This document shows positions 48,378 to 61,400 of a stretch of DNA of 64,000 nucleotides, piece after piece. Position 1 is the stretch's first letter. Each line of letters starts with the position of its first letter. The notes beneath the pieces are model-generated. The model was not told the origin of the DNA. It was given only the letters and a program-made list of their open reading frames with translations, and ran no database searches. The translations under genes and the position numbers were made by a program. The stretch comes from Obrimoposthia wandeli (lineage: Eukaryota), in the NCBI GenBank assembly GCA_977020255.1, contig CDROCS010003227.1, positions 62,001-126,000 of the forward strand, in the 5' to 3' direction.

Positions 48378-50856
48378 ATGGTAAGTTTATTGTTATTTTT
48401 TCTGCTAATTTATTTCTTTCTAGAATTGCAATATGAACAAAGAATTATGCTTCGAGGAGAGTCACAAGGAATGTGACGGAAAGATGAAGAGCTACTTTGG
48501 ACAGAAGTTCAACGGACAACAATTATACGTATGTCCAGTATGTCTCTCCGCGGAGGAGATTGATTGGCCGGAGTTTGTGGCGCGTCATCGCGTCCATCTT
48601 CGTCATTTCCAGCAACGTGGCAAGAAGGCCATCTTTCAGAATAGATCTGCTACTATTTCTCGGGTTGCTGGTCCAGTTGTTGCTGCTTCGCCAATTGCTG
48701 CCCCAATTTCTGCTACTGTTCCAGTTACTAGTCCAGTTGCTTCGCCACCATCTGCTGCACCAATGGTTCCAGTTATGCCTCCTCCAGTTGGTATGATCCC
48801 CGCGCCGTTACCAGCATCTACCCGCAAGAGAAGTGTTATGCCCACTTCAGGTAGCTTTGTTGCGAAGTTTTCCAAAGTTAATGCTGTTAAGCGTAAGACT
48901 AGTCTTCGGGGCACGATTGAGACATTGTCATTAGATGTTTCTAATGACAATCTCATCGATTTACAAGTTCCTGTATCCCTTTTGACTAGCTTAAGGGACA
49001 CAGTCAGCAAGTTTGCGACTTGCAAGGTTCAATTCGGGGTGCGTGTTGAATTTTCCAATATTGGAGAAACACGCGCTTGGAAATTTTCCAATAGAGGGCT
49101 CCCCATAGATGAGGGGGTTATAGATGCGGGAGTAGATGGGATCAACAAGAAGATTGAGAATTATTCTCAAAGTAGCAGTAATTGAGTAGTGAACCGCTTC
49201 CTGGAGATTTCGTTTGTTGTGACTAAAACAACGACAATGCACTATTTCCAGGGAAGTAGTTATATACCTACTCCATCTGAGTTAGCACTCTCACATTGCG
49301 TCATCAATGTGCAGAACTCAAACGCTTTTTGCTTCCTTTACAGTATCTTATCTGTACTTTTCCGCGAAGTATTTCGCTCTAATCCTCATCGGGTTAATCA
49401 ATATGATGCCTTTTTGAGTCAATTAGCTTTTGATGAGAATGAGATGCCGATGCGTCTATGTAATATACCGCGATTTGAGAGAAAGAATCCATCTCTCTCA
49501 ATCAACGTATTTACATTCAATAGGTTCTCTAATGTGCAAACAGATGGGGATATCTTCAAAAATCCCTATGTGGATGTCATTTACAGGACCACAAACCCGG
49601 ACGCTAAGCCAATCAATCTTCTCCTTTTAGAAAATAATGATAATTTTCATTATGTCGGTATTCCTAAACTCAATAGGCTGCTTCATTATAGGAACAGAGG
49701 TGTATCTAATCGCATCCAGTGTACTTGGTGCCATAAGTGTCTTCATGGCTTCCGGAGACCAATAAGTTACGCCAAACACGTTCCACTCTGTAGGATGAAT
49801 TTAGATCATACAACGCTTTATTCAATGCCTACAGAGAAGCATATTGAGTTTAAGGACTTTTCAAAAACGATTTCTCCGCCTTTTGCTGTTTACGCGGCTT
49901 TTGAGGCTGTGCTGCCGCCACATGGAATCCACCATCAGATTCAGCTTCCAATCTCGGCCGGTATGCTCATGTCTCCCGTTGCAGCCACGAGAGGGTATAC
50001 ACATGATTACTCGGTCTTTACCGGATAATCTTGTGTGGTATCCTTTTTGCAGAAATTAGAGGACTTGGCGAAAGAGGTTGTACTCCCATGGTACAAAAAG
50101 CATGCGATCGAGGTGATGCGACAACTCACACAGGAACAGGTATCGAGTTTCAATGCAGCAAGAATCTGTTATCTGTGTAAGAAGAAACTCGCAAACAAAG
50201 TTCGAGATCACGATCACATGACTGGCGAATACCTGGGAGCAGCGCATACGAAATGCAACTTATCAAGGAGAATCAATCGATCTTTTCCCGTCATTTTTCA
50301 CAATCTTATGGGTTATGACATGCACCATATATTGAAGCACGCACTATGCAAGTTTCCCGACTGGAATGTATCTGTTATACCTCAATCAACAGAGAAATTC
50401 CAGGCTATGATGGTGTATATTGGAGGAGTCTGTATACGTTTCATCGATTCCCTTCAATTTTTGAACAGCAGCTTAGAAAAACTTGTGGAAAACCTGGGTG
50501 TGACTCCTCTTACACATTCGGTCTTCCCGCAACATCTGGTGAGCGCCAAGGGAATCTTCCCATACGATATGGCAGTATCAGAGACTGCTCTTCGCGCAAT
50601 CACCAGCTTACCGCCAAAGTGGGATGAGAAGATCAAGCCAGCACAATATGAAATGGCGAAGATGGTCTGGACTCAGAGCGGCTGCTCATCGCTCTGGGAC
50701 TATATGCTGGTCTATATGAAGATGGACGTCTACCTTCTAGCAGACGTGTTTACAGCATTCCGGACCAAGGCCATTGCTGACGATGGATTGGAGCCACTCA
50801 ATTTCTTCTCCATCCCTGGTTTGTATTTTACTAATTTTTTCTAATTTTAGACACTA

Positions 50857-50910
<54 letters not shown>

Positions 50911-52698
50911 AAGAATAAATGTAGTACTTGTTACTATTGATTGCATAAAGATGCAGGTTTTTGCAATATAGATGCAGCACGTCTTTGTAAGTATTGATGA
51001 TTGTCTTTGTTAGACACATGTGACTATCTTTGTAGGTATTGATTACTGTCTTTGTTAGACACACACGTGACTGTCTTTGTAGGTATTGGTGACTGTCTTT
51101 GTTAGATACTCACACACATATATACATGTATAAGAATAAATGTTACTATTGATTACATAAAGATGCAAGTATTTGCAATATAGATACGTGACCGTCTTTG
51201 TTAGATAGATGATTTTCACAATGATTTTCACAATGATTTTCACAATGATTTTAATAAATGATTTTATTTCCAGGACTGACTTTCGCGAGTGCTTTCAAAT
51301 CCCTGCTTCGTCCGGCTTCTTCTTCTGCTCCCGTTGTGCGAGTCGAGCTAATACAGGATCCAGAAATGTACCGACTCTTCCGGTCTGGGATTCGCGGGGG
51401 TATGACATTTGTTAATGAACACCGCGTTGACGCCATCAATGGTACAGAACTTTTGTACATTGATGTAAATAATTTGTACGGGTGGGCTATGTCCCAGTTT
51501 TACCTTGTGGTAACTTTTCCTGGGTGACTGATCGGTTAGAGTTGGGGAATATTATTTCCAGCTTAAAATCAGTAGATTTATCCTGTAGTCGCTTCGCTCA
51601 TTTATTGGAAATAGATTTATCCATTCCCTTCGAGCTTCATAATAAATTCGACGATCTTCCCCTTGCTCCCATTAAACAGCGTCCACCAGGGTGTAAGACT
51701 GAAAAATTGTTATTAACGCATTACCCTAAGAAACAATATGTTGTGTATTCTAGATTGCTACAAATGTACGTTAGACTTGGTGCTAAGGTAGATTTTGTAT
51801 ATAGAGCAATACAGTTTGAACAAACTAATGTTTTTTCAAAATATATTGAGGATAATTCTCTCAAAAGAGCTGCGGCTACAACAGATTTCGAGCGGGATTA
51901 TTATAAACTGAAGGTGAATTCTTTATTTGGAAAACTCATTGAGAATCTGATGAAAAGAATTAACCTCCGGATTTGTAATACTCCACAGAAGCTGGTTACC
52001 TATTGCAGTAAAGCCCACTTTCGTAGGACAATCGAAATCGATACGGATCTTATTGCAGTTTTACTGGATAAGGAAAATATTGTTTTGGATCGTCCTAGTT
52101 ACATGGGCCAGGCGGTATTAGATTTAAGCAAACTTCGTATGTATGAGCTACAATATGAGCAGTTGGAGAAATATCGAGTTCAATTTAACTGCGACATTAG
52201 AATTATAGCAGGTGACACTGATAGCTTTTTCTTGAAGTGTAATAATGTCAATGTTCAAGAATCACTGTTACCTGCTATGATTGCTGATGGACTGTTGGAT
52301 ACCTCGAAATTTCCAAAAACCCATCCGCTTTATACGACGCTTAATACAGCGATAGGAAAATTTAAAGATGAGAGTAAGGGATTATTTAGTTATAGGCAAG
52401 GGATTTTTCTACGACCAAAATCATATAGCCTAGAGACTACAGAAGGTGAATCTCAGATGAGAGCGAAAGGTATTAGTCTCCGACAGACGAGTATTAGGCA
52501 CTCTAATTACTTAGCCGTATATGAGAGTGGCGTTAGCGAGCGTGTACAACAACAACGTATAAGCTCGCTAAATCATCAACTTTTTACTGTAAGGTTAAGT
52601 AAAATTGCCTTAAGCAGTAGTGATGATAAGCGCAAGTGGGTGGAGAAAACCGTTCAGTCGCCTATGGTCACTTTTTATACCCGGACGAGGTTGTATAA
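48378..52698 (+). pseudogene. pPolB: Protein-primed family B DNA polymerase with an EndoVII-like insert; 2 introns, 2 nonsense codons, 2 frameshifts
   Basis: Zn finger; INVQN..FCFLYSIL; ExoI-like YAAFE; RDHDHMTGEYLGAAH..CN; FHNLMGYD; KGIFPYD; DVYLLADVF; YIDVNNLYG; KLKVNSLFGK; GDTDS; GKFKDE; LRPKSY. Introns 48381-48423 and 50819-51273; stops 49183-49185 and 50026-50028; frameshifts ~51498 and ~52647. Confidence 0.95.
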
Positions 52699-52797
52699 AC
52701 TTTTTATATGTGTTGTACATATTTTTATTCTCCTTTGTGATTTTAAGGAATATATGTGTTTGAAATACTTGTCTTTATTTACATAAATTTGCGGGTT

Positions 52798-53535
52798 TTT
52801 GCAATATAGATGCAGTACGTGACTGTCTTTGTTAGATAGATATAGGAACGTTTAAACATGATTATCAAATTATATAATACTTTATTTTATAAGTAGATAG
52901 TTTAATTTAGTTTAATTTAATTTAGTTTAAATAAATTTATCAAATTATATAATACTTTATTTTATAAGTAGATAATTTAATTTAAATTATAAAACACACA
53001 CACACACTAGATGTATTTTGTTGAATTGGTGTTAATACAGTCTTTAGATAAAAAGATATATAGATTTAAAGAATGTTACTAAAAATAGAATATTTTTGAC
53101 CTCACCGTGACCTTAAGTTGTCCTCATGACGTCATGACCTTAACTTGACCTTAAAGTACATTGTCCTAATGACGTCATGACCTTAAAGTACATTGACCTT
53201 AACTTGACCTTAACTTGACTTGACCTCATGAGGTCATGACCTACATCTTGTCCTCACCGTGACCTTAAGTTGTCCTCATGACGTCATGACCTTAACTTGA
53301 CCTTAAAGTACATTGTCCTCATGACGTCATGACCTTAACTTGACCTTAAAGGACATTGACCTTAACTTGACCTTAACTTGACTTGACCTCATGAGGTCAT
53401 GGCCTACATCTTGTCCTCACCGTGACCTTAAGTTGACCTCATGAGGTCATGTCCTCACCGTGACCTCAACTTGACCTTAAAAAAATTTGTCCTCAGGGGG
53501 GGGGCTTTGTTCCAGAAGTCACACATCTACCTACT
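52798..53535 (-). repeat. Right TIR (738 bp, with extra subterminal repeat units)
   Basis: Inverted match to 37120-37717. Confidence 0.95.
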
Positions 53536-53722
53536 GACATGCATACTGAAACATGCGTTGAGTCAATTTTCGCACTGGAGTGTCTCTGTCATACATCAAT
53601 CAACAGAGAAATTTCAGGCTATAATGGTGCATATTAGAGGAGTCTGTATTCGGTTTATAGATTCATTGCAGTTTTTGAATAGTGGGCTTGAAAAAATTGT
53701 TGAAAACTTAGGCGCCATATAA
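53536..53722 (+). pseudogene. Continuation of pPolB relic B after the Polinton insertion; truncated
   Basis: ILKHALSQFSHWSVSVIHQSTEKFQAIMVHIRGVCIRFIDSLQFLNSGLEKIVENLG continues directly from FHNLMGYDM at 37119. Confidence 0.92.
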
Positions 53723-54549
53723 GACTGAAATATAAAATATATATATATTTTTTCCATTTTTACAAGTCAGATTTTGAAATAGGAAAATTTTGATAAACGA
53801 AAACTTTCTTTCTGAACTCAATAAAGTATGGTTCAAACGATACAAGATGCAATAATTATAATTTAATTTTGTGATCAAATTTTGGAATGAGAATTGGCGA
53901 AGTTTTCGGCGAATTGATTTCTAAGATTTGGCCATTGGTGTGTGTGTATGTGCCCTTGGCTTCATGTGTTTCCCCTATTTTCCCTCTCTCTCTGCCTCCT
54001 AAAAAGGAGCATCACTCTCTGAATAACACAAACTGATGGACCACAATTTTTCTGAAACACAATTATTTTAACAATAAAATTAACATTACAATTAAAACTT
54101 TAAAAATTCAAACATTCTAAATTAAGGTTATTTTATTTACTTTAAATAACCGATTTTAATATTCCATTTTAATATATTTTGCATCCTACTTTAACATTGT
54201 TCTTAATGAATATTTTAAAATACCTATTTTATAAATATGAAGATTTGTGATTTGCACTTCAATAACTTCCCTTGTGAGCATCAGGAGGTACAAAGAAAAT
54301 TTAATTATTACAAAACATGAAACTAACAAATTTTAAACCTGTCCAAGTATTCATGCCAGAAATTTATTTCTAATTCAATTATTTTCATATCGTCGATCGC
54401 CTGCATTTGTTTGGCGGATAACCGTTGTTCTATAGCATCTTTTACCAAACCATATTTTATTATGATAGAAAACATTCAAAAGTTTATATTAATGTTAATT
54501 TTAGATACCATTTTACTTTTCTGCTATTGTGAGATTTAATGCATTTTCA

Positions 54550-54900
54550 AGCGATCAATATTGGAGTAGATGTCAGATGTAGAATCTTTATTGTGTTGGC
54601 TACTGCAGATGGTAAGCGTGGCTGGCTGTTGTGAATGGTCTGTGTCCTATAATCGCGACAAGACCCTTATTAGCAACAAACCGGCGATTATAACGGTGAT
54701 AAAGCAAAGCAAATGGAGGAGTTACGAACGAATTGAAATCCAAATCGGTGGAGAAAAAGTGGTTGGAGTACTGCCCAGTCAAAAAATGGTCGGATTTGCC
54801 ATGCGCGATGTACACATAATCATGTAAGACGTTTGAGTTTATGGAAATTATGTCGAACTTTATATCCTACGTCATGTTTTACAGCCAGGATTTAGCCAGG
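54550..54900 (-). pseudogene. Mariner/Tc1-like transposase remnant
   Basis: LHDYVHRA and WAVLQPL/FSTDL resemble LHDNARPH and W..LPHPPYSPDL; heavily decayed. Confidence 0.35.
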
Positions 54901-55789
54901 ATTCGATGTTTTCATATTTTCTCAGAATATAAAGCTCAGATTTGAATAAAACTTTGCACAGGTAGTGATGCATGTTTCTGAGCTGTTGTCAAAGCTTAAC
55001 AAATCACGTTTATAAAGTCGACACGACCAGGAGTTCTGATATTTCAACAATTTAATATTCTTTTAATAGTCACCATTTTAAACCATATATCTAGGAGCTT
55101 TTTGTAGCATCCTATATACGAAAAACCAATATTTTATATTAAGATTTATAATAGGAAAATGTTTTGTGAAAATAATGTAGTACGCTTTGTCAATTTCTAT
55201 TCAACAACCGTCAACTAATCATAAATAAATACATAGACAGATTGTTTAACTAAAATGAAGTAAATTAATCTAAACCAGTAATTTTAAATGTGAATTTTAA
55301 CATGGTCATGTTTCAGGAGTCACAAAATTCCGAGAAAGTAGAAGCTGTAGGCAGCTGAGGAAGAAACAGAAGCCAATCTTTAAAGGTGATAAATTGAATT
55401 AGAAGGTAAGCAGTTCAAAAGTTGTTAGATGATCAAAATGAAGAGGTAATGAATGGTCTACCAAATTTAAAGGACAAGACGATACTTTTATTAAGAAAGA
55501 CATAAACGACATCCAAAACTTTCTCATTCTCGGGCTGAAATTGTTTTACTATCAGAATCGCGGAGAACGAATGATGACTGAGATTCCTACTTGCTAACGA
55601 TGTAAATTGTTCAGCAAACTTGACTTTTATAGTTGGAACCTTCAAGGCGGCACCAGAAATATTTGAGTGAATAAACTCAATACACGTCGAAAAGATCGGA
55701 CATTTCATACTATCATTGTATCTTCTTTTCCTGGTGAAAATGAGATGACGTACACTAAAATGTTTCAGCTTTTAAAAGTGGCAGCTCGC

Positions 55790-57845
55790 AAGTTAGGGTA
55801 TTTTTTTTGAAATTTCAGTAATGAACACAGTTCGGCACCGATTTCCAAATGCCGTATTCGCAGCTGTATATTTCGATTCTCTCCAGCCATTTGACGAAGT
55901 GCTACATTTGGGATTTATTATTCATTACACAAAATATGAAGATTTTAAATGTGCACATCTGCTTTGCCCCTAGACCCACCAGAGTCGATTCATGAAGTCG
56001 GGATGACTGATATTGTAGAGTAAGGAAAAGTAAAATGAAGAGAAATAATACGTTTATTTATGAAAGGAATTTAAGCTTAAATAGTCAAGGTTAAAATAAA
56101 TAAATAAAATATGAAATGTTAAATAAATTGAGACCTTGAAGAGGTCATGAAATATGTATTTAAGGAAAACAAAAATGTAAAAACAGGCCGTGGAAATTTG
56201 AGACAGTCATATAAGAGATATACAACCAAGAAGATAAGAAAAGTACGCTCTATAAATAGAGGTATTCATCATCGGTATTCCGACTGTACGAGGAATACCA
56301 AGCATTACTGCAAAATTTGCGGATTCCCCGCAGTTAGCAAACCACTACATCGAGCCGTAGTGGAATTCAAAGTAAGGTAAATTCGTTAGATAAAGCGATT
56401 GTTGACATTTTCAGAATTACAGTGATTAACCAGAACACGAGACAGAAAATGACCAAGGATTCAATCGTATCAGAATAAGTGAAAGCGATCAAGGCTTTAA
56501 TAGTATCGGAACAAGAGAAAACAATTGATGAATTCAATCATATTGGAACAAATAAAAGCGGATAATAAAGCGTGAAGAAAAAAGAACTACTACTCAATAG
56601 ATTACAATGGATTACGAACGGTCAGCGCAGTGAGTTGGTGAGAAAAGTTGTTAAACTACGACATTATAACGACATCGTATTATAAAAGTATCGTAAAGAG
56701 TGTTAAACTATAACAAGATAGTTAAACTAGGACATAGTAAAATAATCAATTATCAATAGGTGAAACAAAGTATAACAAGGGAGAACTGAGATTTAACATT
56801 GTGAGTTGTAATTGAATGTTGTTGAATTTTGTGATTTTGGTAATTCACTGTGGGAATTATAGTCGTTAACTTGAAAAATTGAAAAATTGAAATATGTAAA
56901 TAATTTTCAGAGTAACCAAGGGAGATTAATATTTCAGCGAGTTCATCCACTTTAGAGTGACATCCTACTGTTGCGTAGAGTTGTAGTTGATTTAGAAAAC
57001 TCCCTACTAGTGTTTAGTGAAATAAATATAGTTTGAATAACATAACGAGACCGAATTCAATTTTGATGTTGACCATTCGAAGCAACTAATTTATAGGCCA
57101 GTCGAGAGCTAACCCACGTGATAGTGATCCAAAACCTGGTATACTCAGAGGATTACTAAGCCCTGATATATTAAGAGGAGGGCCTCAGCTTCAATTGGTT
57201 CCGACTTAGTTTGGCTGATTTTCTATAATCTTGTGTATTTGCAGACCTTCTTTGAAATAAAATCATAATCGGACTAACTGGCTCAATACATTAGCTCACA
57301 ACACACCACAATAGTTTTAGGGTCCTTCTAGTTATCCTAAACACAATTATCTGTAGACAACGCAAACAACACAGATAGAAACCTTCAGATAAGTGAGACA
57401 AAATTTTAGAAAATGAGAATAAGTAAGCCACATCCATCTGTAAGCCCGATCGCTACAGAACTCATGTTGGGAACTTCCGTGCGAGGATCTAGTTTAATAT
57501 AAACCCAAACAATATCAATGCACAAGATGATCTGGAGGCTCTTAGCTCCATGGATTGCATGGCGGAAACATGGGTTGACAATATATCGATATTTCTTGTT
57601 GAAATATGAATATATGTGATAATATAGAGGGTAATCGAACAAACAATTATCTCGAAGAATGTGACAAAGCATTGGATTCGAAACTAGGCCAACCATATCC
57701 AAACCTGTTTCAGTTTATTGCCGTTCTGCAAGAAGAACAAAAAGTACAGATAGGGCAACAAATCCGATTGCTGGAGGCTGCTGATCAAGAAATCACAAAT
57801 AGACTACTGCGTCTAAAAATCAGTTTATTGAATAATGACATTTAA
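55790..57845 (+). pseudogene. MULE-type transposase remnants, interrupted
   Basis: EISVMNTVR.RFPNA..SCIFRFSPAI near 55810-55890; RTNNYLEECDKALDSKLGQPYPNLFQFIAVLQEEQ in ORF 57606. Confidence 0.55.
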
Positions 57846-58499
57846 GTGTATAATCACACAGTCGCCGTAGCTGAAGTTCTGAAGCAGTTGCATCGAAATT
57901 GTCAAAAAATATTTCATGGATTGCGTTTTTGAATATTTCTTTCTTGATTTTTCTCTGTATATATTTATTCTAAAATGCAGTATTAGCCAGAATTAATTGT
58001 TGAATAAATATTAAAACTGAAGTAGGATAAATGGGAAAATGACGTAGGCGAAACGGGAATAAGTGAAACTGAGAAACACCAATTAACCACGTAAATAAAA
58101 TTTTATTTGATCGTGTATCTTAAAGAATGTGACTCGGTTTTTCTAATTTAACCGCTTCCATTTAGTTGGAGTTTTGAATTGAGTCACACGTATGCTCTAA
58201 TACAGTCTACCTACACACCCGCACGAAGGCAGATGCCATGTGAAAAGGTTTGAATTCGCCGCACAACGTAACTGGATAAACATTCAATACAGTTGTTCCA
58301 AGATAGTTAACACAAAAGGAATTCATCAAACCATGTACGGTTTAATCGCAATTTCAGCCACCTGCTTGATAGAAAATGTCATTGGACAAACTTGATATAA
58401 GAACGGTCGTCGAGCATACTCAGTTTAACGGTTAAAGTACTTTGCATATGGTCTTTATATGAATATGAAGTTGAAATTGCTTTAACCCTTACGCCTCAG

Positions 58500-61400
58500 A
58501 GGTACCTGGAATTTGATCACCTTCAATCTGAAATTGAAGCCCCTGAGTGACGATGAGCGCTGGCTGCAAATCTTTGACAGAGGCTCTAACGAGTGCTCGC
58601 GAATATTCATCAACTCCGACCAGGCACCAACCAGCTACCTCTATTGGCGCACACACAAGAGCCTCTACTTTCAGGTGAGCGTTTTCTCGGTTGAATAAGC
58701 TTTAGAACAGAGGTTTTCATCACACGCGCATATCCATGGGGGTCTCATTTGATTTAGTGTGCTGATTGTACTGAAATGTTGTGCAAAGATTCTTAACAAA
58801 ACATAGCAATTACGTTGAAAAATGTTTATACCCTGACCGTATATATCGAGACACTTGTTCTTTTTTATAATTATGATGGAAATATTTTGGTATAGTTTTA
58901 AATAAAAATTTATGGCTACACCAATCTAAAATAAAAAGTATCGTATTTTAGTCGACCTTGTAGATCAGTGGTTCTCAACCTTTTTCACTCGAGGCACACT
59001 AAGAAGATCAGAAAATTTTCGCGGCACACATTAAACAACCAAATTAAATTTCATTCTGAATAAAATTTATTTAAACTATTTACAAACTTTACATTAAAAC
59101 ATTTTCAATGAGAAGGTTGAGCCTGCTTTCGAGAGCAAATCATGTTGAAACGAGGCTCCAATACTGACAAACAAGCACTTGTCGTTTCTTAAGTCAATCA
59201 GCTGTTCTTCTTCTTCGGTTGTAAGGTTTGTTGTTTCGTTGATTCCAAATGGATTGATCATCCAGCCGTATTCGTCGACGGAAAGCAATGTGAAGTAATG
59301 CTGAACTGCTGATTGGAGATCTGTCAGTGTGAGAACGATGTCGGCAGCAACCTTTTCCTTCGATAGTGATTCGTTGACAGAAGGAAAGCAGTCAAAAATT
59401 TTCTTCAATATTTTGCTCTTCCATAGCGTCAGTTTCTCATCAAATGACTTCAGTTTTGATGTTGACGAAATTATGTTTTCCGATTGTCTTTGAAGATTTA
59501 TGTTTAGAGAATTCAGTTTGTCTAATAAATTGGAGAGAAATTGAACTTTCAGACACCAAATTTCATCATAAAGAAAGAATCCAAAATCTGCTCCTTTGAC
59601 CTCCAAGAACGATATTACTTCAATTTTTAGGTAAACTAGATGTTTCAAAACGTTTTCTTTCGATAGCCAACGAACTTCTGTGTGGTAAAGCAAACATTCG
59701 TAGTCGGATTCCATAGCTTCACAAAGTTGTGAAAAAAATGTGGAAGGAAGGGGTCGAGTCTTGATATAGTTCACTATTTTGATAGCTTGGTTCAGAACAG
59801 ACTGTAAACTTTCCAGCTACGATTTAGCGGCGAGAGCTTCACGATGGATCATGCAGTGTGTTGTGATTACATTTTTATTTTTCTTGAAGTACGGGAGTGA
59901 CAAATCCCTTTTGATTTCCTCGTATTGAAGGACAGCCACACGCTAACACAGTTTTTCCACTTCATCATTAAAATCAAAACTTTTTTGTTCACCAGCTCAA
60001 CAATGTATTTTTTTAAGTCGTGCTTTTCAAATAGTCACAGAAAAAGAACCCATTAACTAAGTTCCTACCTTTGATGAAACAAATGGAGACCAGAAGCTGA
60101 TCTTTTCTACTGACATCAGTACATTCATCAAATTCACGAACTCAATCTTTCAAATCTGACGATAAGTCTTTGATTCGCCGAGAAATTGGGTCATTTGACA
60201 AAGGAACTTTCTTGACCTTTCTGCAGCTTCGGTGTCTAGAATTGTTTCAACGATGATAGCTAATGCTTGAACGATAACGTTTTTGGCTTCCGTATATATA
60301 TTTTTTCGTTTTGCTAACAGTTCAGTGATCTTGTATCTTGAAATCAAACTCTTTACATGAAATTTCATGAAATTTGTAAGTTTCTTTGCTTATTTAGTTT
60401 GTTGGGCTTCAAGGTTCTCGAAGTATCATTTTGATTTGTCTTTTAAAGCTGGACGCTTGGTTTTCAAATGTATCTTCAGTTTACTTGGAACAAGCACCTT
60501 GTTTAATAAAGCCTTGTTGCAGATCAGGCAGAATGGCAGTTGATCACCATCAGATTCCAGTATGATGAAGTCATACTCGATATATTCATCCTTGAATTTT
60601 CGCATTTGTCCAGAATTTGATATGATCTTTTTGATAGCTAAACAATAAATTAATTTAACAATAATTTACAATTTAATCAATTTTATACTATTAAATAACA
60701 TATTAGAAACTTGCTTTAATAATTAAAGTTTAATTAAACAGGCTTCTAAAATTTTCATCTAAATATACTTTTCTCCAATTTTTCAAAAACTATTGCAAAT
60801 TGAAATGGAAATCTCTCGCGGTACAGTAATATGCCACGGCACACAGGTTGAGAATCACTGCTGTAGATAATATCGCATCAATTTTGGGAAAATTACTTAG
60901 CGAACGAAATACAAAATCTTCAGTTTAGTCACAGAGAAAATTTTCAAAAAATGTGTAAAAATTTGTTTTTATCAATAAGAAAAGTAGAAAATGTTTCCTG
61001 GAACCTTGAAACCCCTGCGCGTCTGGCGTGTTTGGTGTTCTCGATAAGTTACTTGATGTTTACCTCTATTCAGGATCTTTCTACCGTATCATTTCAGGTA
61101 GCTTCTTTAATAATTTTCTCAAACTTTCTCATTCTTATTTTAATTTCTTCAAATGTGTTGATATCCTGCATCTTTTTATCCTTGTCCATATCTTTATTCA
61201 AAAAAATGAGTTAAAAGTAAAAGTATAGATTTTTCAAAACGAATGAACCAATTTAAATAGCAAACTGAGTCAGTAATCCAAGTACTAGATTATAAATTAT
61301 TAATTAAATACTTGTGAAACATTTGGATTATTTCGAAAAATTTTAAATAGGTTTACTGTCTTTAATCAACAATCTTTTTGAGATAAGCCGTTGTAATGTG

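Larger units (their letters stand above)
37120..53535 (+). mobile_element. Polinton/Maverick (adintovirus-like), structurally complete, 16416 bp
   Basis: Termini AGTAGGTAGATGTG / CACATCTACCTACT; 6-bp TSD GACATG at 37114-37119 and 53536-53541; long TIRs; full core gene set. Confidence 0.97.

Noticed and set aside
49183-49185. TGA read as Trp (alternative genetic code), also suggested by 8958-8960
   Set aside because: TGG is used for Trp elsewhere, TGA ends real ORFs (e.g. 43169), and the same pPolB has a TAA and frameshifts, so decay is simpler.
48497-50636. Overlapping and antisense ORFs inside pPolB, integrase, MCP and IAP
   Set aside because: Shadow frames of real genes with no independent motifs.
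50845-50905. (AT)n microsatellites here and at ~37760-37790
   Set aside because: Ordinary simple repeats; relevant only as part of the TIR-edge copy already reported.
56130-56165. Second minimal hammerhead (TTGAAGAGGTCATGAAA)
   Set aside because: Core deviates from CUGANGA and the stems are weak.
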